Shown piece by piece: positions 13,401 through 28,271 of a stretch of 64,000 bases of DNA; the first letter of the stretch is position 1; every line of letters begins with the position of its first letter. Under the pieces are notes generated by a model. That model was not told the origin of the DNA, ran no database searches, and saw only the letters and a list, made by a program, of their open reading frames with translations. Location: NCBI GenBank assembly GCA_030704615.1, contig CM060731.1:17236001-17300000 (forward strand). The letters run 5' to 3'. A program made the translations under genes and the position numbers. Source of the DNA: Takakia lepidozioides. Taxonomy: Eukaryota; Plantae; Bryophyta.

Positions 13401-16400
13401 TATCGTACCAATGCAAAGGGAGAGCACAATGTAAATGAAAATGCGTAGCCAGTAGTATCCTATGTCTCTGCTCATGTTCAAAAATGAGCGGTGAGTCAGT
13501 GTCAGACACTGCTTCAAAAAGCTTGCCTGGCTTCCACCGGACTCAAGCACTGAGCCTTGCTGCATATTAACACAAAAGAAGAATCATCAGAGAGACATAT
13601 AGTCATGAAACTTCTTACCATAGGCTTATGCAGAGAGAAAGAAGCAAGAAAGAAAAGAGGCCCGAGAGGGGAGACAGAAAGAATGGAATGATGCTTACAA
13701 GTAATCTATTAGAAACATTTTGCCACCTGATTAATACACAACCAATGGCAGTTCAAAACTTCTTTGACTGCTGTTGTTAAAGTATGTCAGAAATGGGAAT
13801 GCAGCAACACAAAGCTACCACCATAAATAGGTTGCAAGAAAATAGGAATGGGGGCTACCGGCTGTGATATAAAGTAGTATTTTATGTGACAGAAGTGGTG
13901 ACTGCATCCCAATAATCAGGTTCAATACAGCTTTAATCTATCCCCACAAGGCCAATGTGCGAGGGCACTCACACTTTGGACTTGACACCCGAGAAACCTA
14001 ATTGTCAAGCATATCATTGTTAGCAGGCAAAATCGATGACACATACAATCTGTAAGATCTCATGTATTCTGGACATTGTTGCCACGGCGTAGTCACTGTT
14101 CTGGTACGCCTCTGCCAGTATCTTCACCGCTTGCTGACTGGTCATTCTGTCTAGCAAGTCCACGCTCTCCACATCCTGCTCATACAACACCAAGGACAGT
14201 CCCACCTTCACATAAGGTTCCAAAAGCTATCAGCGCAACTGCCAACGTAGCTCCTTAACTACATAGAACAGTGTTGGACAGGTGGCTTCGTGCAATCAAC
14301 TTTTCCACAGTCAGGTCTTCTATTTTCATCCTCTTGCATCCTGTGAAATCTGGGGTCACAAGCTTTTTTGTTCCAATTGAATACCTTTGCAATCATGTCA
14401 ATTAATCTACAAGACGAAATGCGAAGGGAGATTCATAAGATGTTAACAAGTACGCTATATTAATGCTCCAAATATGTAGGCAGGAGTTAGCAGCCATTCA
14501 AAATTCCTAACTCCTATCTAGATGACCACTGCTGACTGAAAGTACTTACTTTAATTTTAAAGGAGCCTTTCAGGGTGGCCTTCACTTGATCGAAGTCAGC
14601 ATTAATGGCCCGTAAAAAGTGATCTGATGGGTTGCGAAGCGCTGGGCAGGGAAAGCCTGCTGCAGCGAAGTGCTGCACATTCACGAACCCCTCCCAACCT
14701 TTCATTACATTATCTGCTTCCCTCTCTAGTTTGTCCAATCTGTCTAGCCAGTGCACTGCTGCTAACTTCAGACACAATACCATTAAAGAAGACATTACAT
14801 TTATCAACAATGTGTTGTGTTTAGAACGAGGCCAAAAGATCACTTACCCACTTTGCTTCTAGAAAAAGCCATTTGAGTTTGCCCTCTAGACAATGATGAA
14901 CTACATGCCAAGCGATAGCTGGACCAAAAGCACCTTCAAAGTACACTCTTGGTTGATGCCACGGTTACCTACCCCACATGCACCTTCAGCCTCTCCAAAG
15001 TATACAAGTTGGCCGCCCGAGAGGAGGGTTAAATTGTCAAAGAGCTCAAACACTTCACTACTGGGCTGATGGATGGATGCAATCACGGTGCGACCATCTC
15101 TGGCTAAGTTCCTCAAGGTGGTCACCACAAAAAAAGCTGCAGCACTGCAACCACAAAATTTACAAATTAAACTCACAAGCAATACCATCCCAGTGTTGGG
15201 AAGGCACGCATTTGTCAAGACTCCATGACAAAACCCCCCAGACCATAGCCTGCATTAATTGGATGCCAGCATGCATTTAGCTCTATCCTGACATTATCAA
15301 CCGAAAGATCACACAGAATTACCTAGGTGATTCACATCTCTGAAATCAACAGATTTGATAACACATCCATAACTCTCAGATAAACACAAAGTAGGTAACA
15401 ATTTTCAGCATGCCAGCCAAGCACTGAAGTTGGGCTCCTTCCGACAAAACACCAGACACCCACCTATCCAACCCACTGGTTGGTTCATCGAGAAAAAGCA
15501 AGCGAGGTCGGGTTAAAATCTCCAGCGCAATGCTGAGCCGCCGCTTCTCACCCCCACTCAGCCCCCGGAGATGCCAATTTCCAACCGGCGTATTCTGGCA
15601 ATCATGCAATCCCATCTCCTGTATAGTACTCTCCACAACCGCTTCCTTCTCAGATCGTGGTATGGTGCTAGGTAGTCGTAAGCTTGCGGAGAAGTACACT
15701 GTCTCCCTCACTGTTAGTGTTCCTATGAGGTCATCTGATTGGGTCACATACGCCTGCAAAAACAGAGAAGAATGGTGGTGTTTCCAGAAGTGAATTTAAT
15801 GAGGGGGTTGCTCATAAGAAGAAAGATACGTTGGTGTACAATCAAGCACAGAACTATTCCCTCATGATTATATACTGATGACTTGACTTAGGGCAGGTGA
15901 ACATTCCATGAAATGAAATTTCTGCAACCAAGCAGAAGCAGGAGGCACAAACTCGGTGCACCCCTAGGACTGGAGACCATATTTGCCTCAAAATCTTTGT
16001 TGGCAAGGTTGGGATCTCTGCCACCTGAGAAGTTACCAGTCCGTGCCCTCACAACTTCTATAAGACTCAAGGCAGCTGCATCAAGGCCTCGTCCTATCCA
16101 ATTCTGTGGGTGACACCGACTCTCTGCAGAGCCCCTGCTGCTTAAATCCCAGGACGTCTGGAAATCTTTCTCAAGCACAACAGGAGCAGACTCATTAGGC
16201 AAGAACTGAAGGAATTCTCTGTAGGGTGGGCTCACATAACATGGAACATAAGGAGAGAGATCTGTTTGTCCTACTTGAGCTACTCAAGACAGGTTCGAGG
16301 CAGAGGCTCAAGAATATTTCTTCATTCACTGTCCCCTCTACTAAGAAATCCAGGGCCGCTACTTTGGTCTATTTTTGAGACAGCCAATCCACGACAAAGG

Positions 16401-17596
16401 CATTCCTTTCTGAGGATCAGAGATGCCTTTGGGCATACCTACGAGGCGTAGTTTTCTGTGTGGGGGGGCCCACTTTTCTATTCCAGTTTGCTTTGTCTCA
16501 TCAGCTCTTTGCGTGGACGTTATAAATTTTCTTTCTTTCGTGCTGAAATCTCCTGTGTTTCTCTGCTTTCTCTATGTCAAAACTAACATCCACATAGCAT
16601 TCCCGTGATCCAATGGGTTTGGATGGGCGAGCTCTAGAACAACACAACTGGCTCCGAGGGAGTCAGTGTCCCGTGAAGATTATACCCGCAAGGACACTCA
16701 TCAATAGCCGAGAATGCTCAAGAGGACATCTTCTCTCACTCTCTCATGCTCTTTCGGGGGCAGACATCGAGACAACGGTCGCAGGGTCCGATCCAAGAGT
16801 AAATTATGTCCTTCTCAGTTCTCACACACATCCATAAAATAGAAATAATGCAGAGTGTTCCGTACATACTGCGGTGCCATAAGACAGCGTGTTTTTCCTT
16901 CGACCGTTCAATAATACTTCCCCTGTCTGTGAAGTGTTCTTGGCCAGCCTTCCTGAATCATCAAGAAACCACGAACCAGGAAAAGATTTTCAGTGAATTT
17001 GCATCAGACAATGAAACGTTCTGCAAAGTGCATCCAGGTCGGACGAAGGAGCAAACCATCCTAGGCACTTCACGGCTACTTTCTTTGCAGTACCTCGTCT
17101 AATTAAAACAGACAATCTGGGTGCAGGAACGTTGGTCTCCCACCGAGACAAAACTCGAAAAAGATCCACTGATCTTTCTGGTGCGCCAAACATACCTGCG
17201 AGAGTATCAAGCAGTGTGGACTTGCCAGAACCTGAAGGACCCATGATAGCCGTGATCGACCCTGGCTCTGCATACCCTGCAAGTGCAACCATTGCGGGTG
17301 GTTACAAGAAATGCGACACATGATCGAGTTCCGCCCAGTGAAGCAAAGATTTAACTTCTGAAAATGGACTTGTACACACCTGTTAAGCCTCGCAAAATGG
17401 CCTGCTTTGGGCCTCTGCCAGAAACTGTCACCCAAAGATCAATCCAGGTGAGTCTAGCAGAGACATCGCCTATATGCGCAGTATTGGTTCTGTCTTTCCA
17501 CAGAGTCTCGCTTAGTGGACTCAAGCCCCCATGCAGCGCAGCTACTGACCTTGCCCCAAAGCCCATCCCTGCCGGCCTCCCATTCTCCACCGCCAT
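10499..17596 (-). CDS. ABCG11: ABC transporter G family half-transporter, ABCG11/WBC11-like, ~715 aa, 12 exons
   Basis: Exons 17596-17380, 17276-17196, 16952-16870, 15753-15464, 15144-14973, 14672-14550, 14175-14047, 13559-13365, 12912-12826, 11791-11519, 11175-11068, 10888-10499. Walker A GPSGSGKS, signature [12 protein letters not shown], Walker [53 protein letters not shown]. Exact paralog assignment within ABCG11-15 is not certain. Confidence 0.93.
12308..12620 (-). mobile_element. 5'-truncated RTE-X-like LINE 3' end in an ABCG intron
   Basis: Colinear with 148-436; minus strand [41 protein letters not shown]; degenerate CATTT tail. Confidence 0.7.
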
Positions 17597-18650
17597 TGGC
17601 ACTCAAAAACTTATGAGCTAGCTCTCACAGGTCAGATCTGCGTTCCGATCTGCGTTCCGATATCTTTGATTTCTGCTGGGTACACACACCTCGCCTTCGA
17701 GATCAACTAACAAAAAAACCCATAAGCACCAACGCAGACCCAAGTTGAGCTGACTTACGGAAACAGCCACATGAGCCTCACCTTCCCGTGCTGCCGCTCA
17801 AACCATTCTCCCAGCTGCAGGGAATACTGACAGACATAACTGGTCGAGACTCGAGACACACACGCAGAGCAGGAGAGCGACGGAAGTTGACGGTTGTGCA
17901 GTGCCCTTAACTACACTTACCGATACTAGTACATAGTGCAGTAATATGCATCCACCCACAGCAGTAAATTGCTTGCGAACTGTCTCAAGAGTCTGGTAGC
18001 ACCGAGAAAGGCAGCAGCAACAGACAAGAAGAGAAAGATCGACGAGTACAGGCCTTTGTACACCTACCCCAACATCCAGGGACAAGGTGGTTGAGTGCAC
18101 CATTGATGGCACTGTTCTGGTCTTTATGGCCCAGTCGCTACGCCTCCCACATGGCAGTCAGCGTCTTCTTCCGCCACCTTTTTGAGGTCTAATATTTGAT
18201 CCCTCTGCTGTCAGTAAAATCATAGCAACTCTTCAATGCCACAATTATTATCACCACCCCCTGCCATCACTTCACCACCATATGCTTTCTGCTTGTTTTT
18301 CTCACTAAGCAATTGCATGGAAGTTGCGATCATCGCGTCACTCGTGTGAGCCTACAGCTAGCCTATAGGTTCCCACTGCATGCACAGTTTTAGTATTTCA
18401 TCCATTCCTTCATGACGTTTATCATCCAACCATGGTTATTTTTTTTCAACTTTGGAAATGCTTCTTACCATTTTCACTAGTAATTGTTTCGGTTTTTCTT
18501 TTTCTTTTCTTTTTTTGAAACATCAAGAGTGACCGCTCACAACTTATCTGGCCCCTTAATTATATGAGAGGAGAAAATATCCTCGCCATGAGGTGCACAG
18601 CACAAGGCTTAAGTTGGAAACCGCCCAACGGAATGCGGGGAACATAATAC

Positions 18651-19287
18651 CAGTGTTGTACTAGTGTGTGCCAGTCGGGCCGGGGTATGTGCAAGGGTAA
18701 AGGTAATCCGGCTATTAGCTCATGCAGCCTATACCCCGGGTGTGTATAGAACTTAGGGTTTAGGGTTCCAAACATACCCATACTGATACCATACAGTCAC
18801 AGTAGTAGATGGCAGAGCAATACTGCGATTGCGAACCGGGGAAGTGGTAGGAGATGGGAGGGATAGCAGTTATGGGGTAAGGGGGTGCGCCATGTTGTGT
18901 TTGCTATGCGAGGGTTTTCCATTTTGCGGCTGGATCTTTGATGTGGGGAGGCGCAAAAGATTGAGCAGATCAGCTTTGTGATTGCATTTTTTTTTTACAA
19001 TTTGTATGTTGCCCTCAATCTGGTTTGTTTTTCCAGCTTTGAAGGGAGTATGATCAATGTTGGGGTATACCACACCATTGTACATGCGGCCCCAGTATGT
19101 CTTTGAGTTTTTGCCATACCCATGCCTAGGACCATGGTATCTCAAAATTAGAAATACCCATATCCATCCTATAACCTACCCTGGCCAGTCTTAATCTACA
19201 CTGGGCCCTGCCAGTTGGACCCAACAGCCAACTTGGACGTACGGGACCAGTCTGGTATGCCAAAATGGACATACCAGTACAACACTG
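18651..19287. mobile_element. hAT-type MITE (family B), 637 bp
   Basis: TIRs cagtgttgtact.../...agtacaacactg; flanks cataatac (18643-18650) and gataatac (19288-19295) form an 8-bp TSD with 1 mismatch; inserted in a retroposon 3' end. Confidence 0.8.
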
Positions 19288-20279
19288 GATAATACCACAC
19301 CAACAATACCTATGGGCGGGAGCAGGTTTTGATTCATAATGGCATTATTCTAGGATAAAATGAGAATAGTATCATGTCTTTCTTTCTCATTCAATTATGC
19401 TGCTATAACTTGGTCTAAAGTAAGGCAATTTTCTGTTGCTTGAAATATTTTCAATAAATGCAATGTTTTTGTGCACCTGCTTAAACTTCAATAGGCAATC
19501 TGGGTCTAACAACCCGGTTTGGGCCACCCTTCACTAATTTTGCAGCATTTGTGAAAATATAGTGTGCCACTATCTTCAATCTAAGAACACCTTCTTACTC
19601 TATAGTCATGCAACGCGTTTTTTGGGACTTACTTACTGAAAAATGGATAACATGCAGGGGTTGTTGATTGTAGTTTTATGCAAATATGCTCAAGACATAT
19701 ATGTGCAACCCTCATTGCTCAATTTGACACCTTGTTTGGGGGGGCGGGGGAGGCTCATCTACTTGGGGTACCTAGAAGAAGGCATAGTCTAGACCCCAGC
19801 ATTCCCACCAGCTGGGCACTTTCCTCATTTCTGGCTATCTTCTTTAGAAGCTGATCAAGATATCAATTGGCACCATCGTAGCAGCACAATTACTTTGATC
19901 CATTGTAGTATGGCATTGTTCTGATCTTAGATTTAGATTATCAGTTGTTCTGCTGCACATTCAAGGCCTCCTTAGTCTTGCAGCCTTGGATCTTGACGGT
20001 ACTTCATTTAAGGGGGGTTAACGGTTGTCCGTCCCCCCCCCCCCCGTTGAAAACTCTACAACGGAGGCCTCGGACAGCTTGCAAAGTATACTTATCGATG
20101 CCCCAGGCGTCGCTAGGCGCCTGGGGTGACATTTACGGCCAGACTCTAGAAAATGGCCAAGTGTCTAAAAATGATGCCCTCGCACTATGTTTTGGCCAAC
20201 AATTTTTTCCCCCAAAAAAACAACGATCGTTTCATAACTGCAACACCTAGGTCTGCCTGGGATTACCATGCCATAGCAC

Positions 20280-21680
20280 AAATAGGGAACATTTGATCAG
20301 GAGGACACTTTTGGAGCCAAGAATACATAAATTAAATCGTAGGCTCTACTAGAGGAACTGCAGGCTACTCAATCATTATCCAATCCATACAAGATTGCTG
20401 ATTACGAATCCTTCACTAGGAGTTGCTCCATCCCGCGCCTGATACTTGGATAACCTGCTCTTCAAGACCCCAACAGGTCATTTACACCCTTGAATGCAGC
20501 AACACTGAAATCCGTGGATTAGCTATGAACTGTTGCGCTCACACAAACATCCTGCACCTCGCTCAAATAGACCCGGTCATTATCAAGGGGGGGACCTTCT
20601 CCCCGATCAGAATCTACCAGTGGTCTTCAAACGCAAAAGATATGCAGCCTATCAATCCTCCAGGGTCTCCCTTGCCTGGTTGGCTTCGTGGAGGCACCTT
20701 CGTATGGATTGGAGGCAGGCCGCTCATGGAGCTGCAGCTCGATCCTCAAGAATGGTCCTAGAATCTTGAAGACAAACCATCACTCCTCCAATACAAAGCT
20801 AAAAAAGCATACAAGTGCCTCATCGCATCCCCCGGCCTCTCTTCCAAAAACAGGATGCCAAATGGAGAGCCTATGGCTTTCAAGATGAACATTGACAAAC
20901 GATTGGGAAAGGCATTTGGGCCAAATCTAGGCCAGCCAAGATCGCCGCCTTCCTATGGCAAATCGCAAACAGAATTCTTAAAGTTGGTAGATGGCTCCAA
21001 TCCACCGAGGCTCTGCTCTGCACATGCTACTCACTAGGCGTCACCGAATCCCTCGAGCATTTCCTATTTCAATGCAGCAATCCCTCAAAAGCCTGGCCCC
21101 TGCTTCTCCCGGTTCTCAGCCATTGACACGACCGCACATCTCTTAGTCCAATCAACATGCTCCTCAACTATGACCCTGTCACAAAACGAGCAATCTCCAA
21201 ATGCCCTGTATTTGATACAATCAGGGTTGCAGGGCTATGGCACATCTGAAAAAACAAATGCGCTTGGGCCCTTTGGCAACACTAACTCAAACTTTCTCCC
21301 TTATGCTCACTATGGTGTTCTTTAATATTCAAACTGAGGCCAGAAAGCTTGGATAAAATTCTCTGCAGACATCTGCAAGCATCCAGAGGCCACGTATCAG
21401 CTCCACAGCGCCTTCCTTGCATCATGGGCAAAGCACGGGCATCATATGCTCAAGCCCTTCGCCAACCATGTGCATCTGGAGCTCAATCCCTCAACATTGG
21501 AGGAATCACAACACGCTCCTTCCCTGAATCGTCGGACTTCGACCGTGATATCAACTAGAGACACATAAAGAGGAAAAGATCGGTGAAGCTCAACTTCGAT
21601 CACTAATGGCAGCTTCATGCGTCTCCACCACGCTCATCACTCCTGCAATTTGGCAAGCCTTTCAGAGACTGCAACTTGGG
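20280..21680 (+). mobile_element. Decayed 3' fragment of an L1/Tx1-like LINE ORF2 (zf-RVT region)
   Basis: TFVWIGGRPLMELQLDPQEWS is homologous to TFVWILGRPLAEIDIDPQEWS at ~39370-39430; colinear with 38900-40340; many stops and frameshifts. Confidence 0.8.
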
Positions 21681-21805
21681 AATGACATTGCCAATTTTTT
21701 TAAGAAAAACACCTAGTTTAAAAATTTGAAAAATAAAAATTATATTTTATCTTTAATGATAAAAATAATTTAAAAAATACATTGAGTATCCGTAAAATCT
21801 TGGGC

Positions 21806-22847
21806 TTTTTATTTTTATTTTTATTTTTTAAGAAGGGAACGGAGCCCTGAATATATTGCAGACGGTGGAAAAAATAACCACCATTGAGGCTGTGAAGGCT
21901 TACAATGGGGATACCACCCTATAACCAAAAGCTAGCGAGAGAAATGAAAGAGAAACAAAGGAGATATATGAGCCGGGTTTTTAATGGAGGGGTGACAACT
22001 TGGAGGGGGGGTGTGTGAATATAGCTGAGCCTACATACAACAGTGGAAGAGAGCAACGAAGACAGACATGAAGGAGACAATAGCGTGTCAAACAAGGTGG
22101 GCGAGGGATGTGTGAGTAAGATGTATAGGAGGAGGAAATGATAAATCAAGGGCTCAAGGAATTCTAGAACTTCAACTGCGTCTTGAGCTTGGGGTCTCGA
22201 GCCCGACGGTGACGCCAGTTGCAGTCCCCTTCCTCTCCTAATTCACCCGGGGATTTGCCAATGCGCAGGGAGGAAGTCTTGCCATGGAAAGGTTGTGTCG
22301 GGAAGACGAGTGTCGAGCAAGCCGCCCTTACTCCAGGAGAGATCGAATTCTTGATAAAGCTGCAACCTACGTTCGTCTGAAGCTCTGGGAAGAGCTACAC
22401 ACATGGACGACCAAGACTTCCTTCCCTCAGTCAACAGATCATAGGTAATGTTAATTAATAAAATTGATCTGTTGTTGGGGGGTTTTACCCTAAAAAAATC
22501 CAATTGCATCCAAAATGCAACATAAGGTGAGGGCCTTGAGTGAGGACCAAATATGGTAGGATAGAATGGGAAGCCTTGATTGGAGATTCAGCAAGGGGAG
22601 AGAGAGAGGGGTGGGGAGTAGGGAGCAAATGCTAATTTGAGTAAAAGTGAAGGACTTTGGCCCAGATTATAGAAGCTCTAGGACATTTTACCAAGCAATG
22701 CTCCAGGGACTCTTCATGCTGCCCAAAACAAATGATACAAGCTGGTTGGTCCTTGTCTGTGACAGCTTTGATAGGCAAGATTTTGTGTGCAATCCTCGAT
22801 AGAAATAGAAGCAATGAGGTGGAAGGTTTGATTTTTGATGGACGGTA
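21806..22847 (-). mobile_element. 5'-truncated L1-like LINE 3' end with A-rich tail
   Basis: Minus-strand zf-RVT-like peptide FLSRIAHKILP...CIICFGQHEESLEHCLVKCPRASIIW (22632-22814); (T4-5A)n tail at 21806-21829 on the + strand. Confidence 0.75.
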
Positions 22848-23073
22848 ATGTCACCCTTGGCTTCTATGGTTCATGTCACTCTCATGTATTGTATAACTCC
22901 TCTTAGTCCATTTCAAACTTGGGCAAACTTGGACTTAGTCAAATCTCCAGACTTAGATTTGACTAAGTGTGGGTCACACCGAGTGGAGTTACACTTCCCG
23001 CCGTGTAACCCTAAGTGGAATTATACTCCGCACCGTGGAATCCCGACTGGAGTTTTCACTCCTTCTCTACCAT

Positions 23074-24488
23074 TGTCACGTCCCGTACTAAAATTACACT
23101 ACCTTCAGTTCCGTGTTATTCTTAAGACTGGGTGAGGATTAAGATTCAATATGTTGGAGACCAGCCTACCGTCTTATCAAAGATCGCATGCGTATTAACT
23201 TCATACAGCATTCCTAGTATTCTCCATTTTATGCGTTGTTTTTCTTTTTGCAGTACTAATATTTTTGGATTATTAACGATGTTGATAACATTTCATTTTC
23301 ATTATGAATTTGTTTGATTTTATAGATGTGTAGTTACAAAATATTAGGGTATCTACATTTTTAGCTGTCCAAAATATAGACAAGAGACAAAAATTCGATC
23401 ATAAGAGTTTTGACATTTCATTAACTATTACCATTATCATATTTACATGTACTATCATACAATATTAGTAAATTGAAACGTGCTTACCACGAAATCAAAG
23501 TAAAATTTGGAAGTGCTATGATATTTACATTGAATATGTGGACAACCCAAAGTAAGTAAGTAAGTAAAATAATTAAAGTTTGTTTAAGGTCTAGTGAGTT
23601 TACGAAGCCTAGTACTGCTCAACACAAGAAAGAAAGAAAAAACTATTAGAGCACATTTGACCAAACTTAAGGATTTTCATATTTTAGTATTTTTTTCTGG
23701 GAAATTTGGGCAGCTTCAAGACTATACGTTGATGATGTGGCCTCCGAAACGTGGCAAAGATCGGATGACGTCTTTTTCCTTCATTGTTTTATTTTTAAAC
23801 TTTTTTTTTGGGCAATCCGGGCAGCTTTAAACAAATGATGGCGATGACATGGCAAAGGTGGCGTGGCATGGTGATGACATGGCACTATGACACCCTATTT
23901 CTGCTCTACACCCAAACTAGTTCAGCCGTCACTAGAATAACAATATTCAAATTTATATTCTTTGAAGTAGAACTCTATATTCAAACCTACAACAATACAT
24001 TGTGGACCTTCGACAATCAAGTTGTAGCCCTCTGATAATGGGCACATACCACCTCAGAAGTGGTTGTAGGTTCAATCCACCGATTGGTGTTACACCTTAG
24101 TCCTTCGAGATTAAGAAACATCATAATTTACGATTCATTCGAGGGGTGTGATATTTTTTTATAGACCTTCCAGGTGACTTGTGGTTTGACTAGAAAAAAA
24201 TCAATATTTTCTTCAAACCTATTTTAGTGGAGTTGATGATTTATATACGAGTGTAAGTTGTTCATGAATTTGTTGGTTGATATGCAGTGCCTTACAGATG
24301 TTATATTATGGAGGTCTTCAGTGCAAGTGTATTGTTTAATACCCTTGTTTTGATAGATTGGATGATTTAAGAACTCATCAATGTGCAGGATCATGTGTCA
24401 GTTCATACATCATTTAGGAGTTGTTACATGGAACTAATGTGGCCATATATAATATTTTTGAATTGATTTATTCTGATATAACGTGACA
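23074..24488. mobile_element. Possible old solo LTR (TG...CA)
   Basis: Ends TGTCACGT ... ACGTGACA (8-bp perfect inverted repeat) flanked by CCAT on both sides; interior AT-rich and non-coding. Confidence 0.35.
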
Positions 24489-27400
24489 CCATGGGCGTCA
24501 CTCTTTAAAAATATTATTTTAACACACAGTTTCCTTTACATCAGCTGCTTTTCAGAAAATAGCCAGGTGACTGGCATAGACCACCTTAACCATGGAAGCT
24601 GTTGAGTCAGATTCAGCAAGGCCTGCAGGGGGTTGTTGTCGTTGTAGTGCATCCAATGTTAGCCGCCAGTCATAGACTACATTCTGCGAATTAATGTGAC
24701 TAAACAATACACTATGAAATTCAACATACAACCAACATCAGGTAAAATGAAAACTTGGAAACAGACAAATATTTAGGTTATGTCCATCTGCCAAGGTGGA
24801 CTCAAAATAGAAAGACCAGAGTCATAACATAAAGTTGATTTGAATAAACAGAACATAATGTCTTAGGGGCTTCACATAAGATATGGTAACCCTCAATGTT
24901 ATTCAAATTTACTACCAAGTAAGGTTTGCCCTAACAACGTCGATGAAGCAGCCATGTCTACTTCTGGGGAGCCTACAACATTTTACAAATGTCACATAAT
25001 GTTGCATTGAACAAGTACAAAGAAGAGAAGGGGAGCGAACAAAAATGCGCAGTATCAAAGCAGAGTAACAATATCCCAAGTTAGTGTGCACGGCCACCGG
25101 CCATGAAGAACCCAAATCTACTAGTCCTGGCAAGCTAGCAACATTTTCGATTGAGCAAGCCTAGTGGTAATTTGAAGAATCCAAAGGAAGAGATGGGGAG
25201 GAAAGAATCGCATACAATCGTCAAAGGAAAGTAAAACCACTTGTCTCTAAGTAACTAAGTAATCTAGCAGACGTGCATTCTGTTTTACAGGGGCTTCAAT
25301 GAGCATGGCAACTGTGGGATTCTTTGTCCTGAGACGACAAAGTCGATACAGTATGAAATAGAGCACACAGTAGGCAGCATGAAGGGAAAACCAATGCTCT
25401 ATAATCATTATGAAGAAATTCCGGATGGTTCGGACGATATGTACCATTTAGAAAAGAACGTTGTCTAAAAGACCTTACAAATGTCCTAACCCTCACTGTT
25501 ATTCATACTTCGTTCAATATAAGATGCCCTGCCATTGTATATGAAGCATCGAAGGCTGCTTCTGGCCAGCCAACAACATGTCAATTTTCAATGGAGTAAA
25601 CATAATGTTGATTTGAACAAACACAACGAGGAGAAAGGGAAGAAACAAAAGTAGATATTTTTCTTTTGTTTGGAATTGGTTGCTACTTCATGCGACATCA
25701 CAGAGGTGCACTGAAATGCTACGGCATACGTGTTGCAATAAAGCTTGGGAGGGGTATTTTAATTCGACCCCTTGACGTCGCATTAACTCTAAAACTATGC
25801 TATGTTTTATGGGTGACATTGTTTTCATGGCCAACAATCCTCTTGAAAAACGGGTTTAGCGTCCTTTTGCATAGCTGTAAAATTATCCACTGCACAATAG
25901 TGAGGTATTTGACCAAACTTGACGAATGATTATTAGTTGTTAGATTTGTTTGGACATATGATGCACTGCATTATGGATGTTCTAGCAAAAATAGGTTCTC
26001 AAGGATTTTTTTTTCTCTCAACGCAATTCACAGACTCAAGATACTTTCAAACAAACTTTATTGTTTCATCACTCTTGCACATTGTTTTCAAACAAAAGAT
26101 GGTCCTGCCAATGTTACTAGTATCATTTATTTCTTCTTGGGGGTGAGAGAAGTACATGTGTGCAAGTTTGAGCTAATTTCGAGGCACCGAAGCAATGTCA
26201 TTCCAAGCTATGATTTGCTTCATAATTGTCAGCTAGAATTTAATTGTTTTATATCAATATCAACCAAGGCCACATGATTCATTTTATTTCTAACTAGGAT
26301 GATTAGAACGAAGAAAGCTTGGGTTGACAATGTTCTTTTAGCTGCAATTCTAATGTACTCATTCCTTAGTAACCTCAAGCATTGCAACATTAGAAGTTTT
26401 GGCTACTTGCAACTTGGGACAATAATGCTGAATTCGATTCTTGATTCTATTAGTTACTCTAACACACAAAAGCTGAGGGGGAGAGGCATGGTGTTACATA
26501 TGTCATGACTTCAATTGTTTATATGTGGATTTGGTGAGATCTATGACATCTAAGAACAAAACTATTGTGGTAGGCCGACCCTATGACAAGAGACAAACCT
26601 AACGCCATCAATATTAAGACTCTTAACTTATATGTGTACGACGACTCTCTACGTCTGACATGTAAAGATTGTCAATTATAGAGATATCCAGACATGCACG
26701 TGTATATCTCCTATGACTTAAACATAGGGGGCTATACCAACTATCAGGCATGCGCTTAAGGCCTCGTTGATGAGGAAGAGTGTTGGAAGTTCAGCTCAGT
26801 CCCACTACATCAACGTGCCAACAAATGTCATCTTGCTCGCGGAGAAATGAGGGGGAAGGTTCCCTGCTTCATCCACCACCTCCTGCAAAGGGGAAGACAA
26901 CGCTACTGATGAATTGATAGTCTTGCACGTACTTTGGCGGTGCATTACACCAAGGCGCGGTTGCTCCAAACGCTGGAACCCACTGGTCACGTTGTGCCCT
27001 TAACATCCTTTCTCTTTGGGTATTGTCTGGTAACCATATATTATCAAGCCACTATAATCTGAGACTTTGTGGGCTAGGATGCAAATTGTCAACGCAAAGA
27101 AAAGAGGAAGATGGAGACGGAAGCAGGAGAATTAGTTCCAAAGTTACGATGAGGCTTTCTTCAACCTACACCATGAGTGCGATGAAGAAAATGATGACAT
27201 GCTTGAGGAACTTAAACGACATAAACCCATGTGAGGATTTCACCTAATGTCAATTGGTAATTGGTTAGAGTCGTAAGGAATGCTGAATAGGGAGAAAGAG
27301 TGAGAGGTCGAGAGTAAAGAATATCGATATGAATGAGTTGAACTTATAGCATGACTTGTTCAGTGCACATCTGCGACCAAATCAATCAAGCTGCAAAAGC

Positions 27401-28271
27401 AATGATATGTTATGGAAGATAATTAGGCAACTCGTGCTAATGTATATATATGGCTCAAGAGATTTAGGCTAATAACCACGACAAACGAATCACCTGCAAT
27501 ACTATATTCCATGTAAGAGTGCACAAAGTTTTTCCTCCTAATCATCAGTATCCATCTTTACCAAACATGATGTGTGAGAGATCTATTTTTTGCAAATGTG
27601 TAAGATTGTGACAAAGAATATAACCAATTCTGTGGAATTATAAATAGTTGTTTGGATCTACGATGTAATGCATTATATGTATTATAGAAAAATAAACCAA
27701 GTTCTCAAGACTTTTTAAAATTCTCCTAGCATTATTCATAGATGTATATGCATAGAGATACACACTCAACCTGTTCTCAAATGAGCATTCGTTGTTTCAT
27801 CACTCAGCTTACACATTATTTTCATCAAAAAGAAGATTCCGCTTCGAGAAATAGTCATATCTCTTACATTTCTATGGCCTGGTAGAGTTAAAATCATTAT
27901 ACATAATTTCAGAATTTTAATACTAGTGTACTCAAGTTTGTCCATTTATCATAGGCCCCACCTCAATGGTTTGATCTCCTGAGGCAATAGATCTCACTAA
28001 ATCTATATATGAACATTCCAAAGCCAGTATAATTAACACACCCATAGCTACCAAAAATAAATACATATAAATAAATAAAAATTAATAAAAATTCAATAGA
28101 CCTTCTGGATCAAGTGACACTACAGATTACGTTTGTTGTGGCAAGTGTCCATATTTGTTTCAAAGGTTACATGTCAAAGGGGAGCCTACAACCCATTCTT
28201 TCAAAAGCCAAAAAATGACCGTCTACTTTGATGTTGTGTAGAAAAAAAATCAGCAAAAAAATGGTTATATG

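Noticed and set aside
24540-27010. Possible decayed spliced gene on the minus strand
   Set aside because: Some splice-like signals are present but no recognisable protein motif or consistent reading frame.
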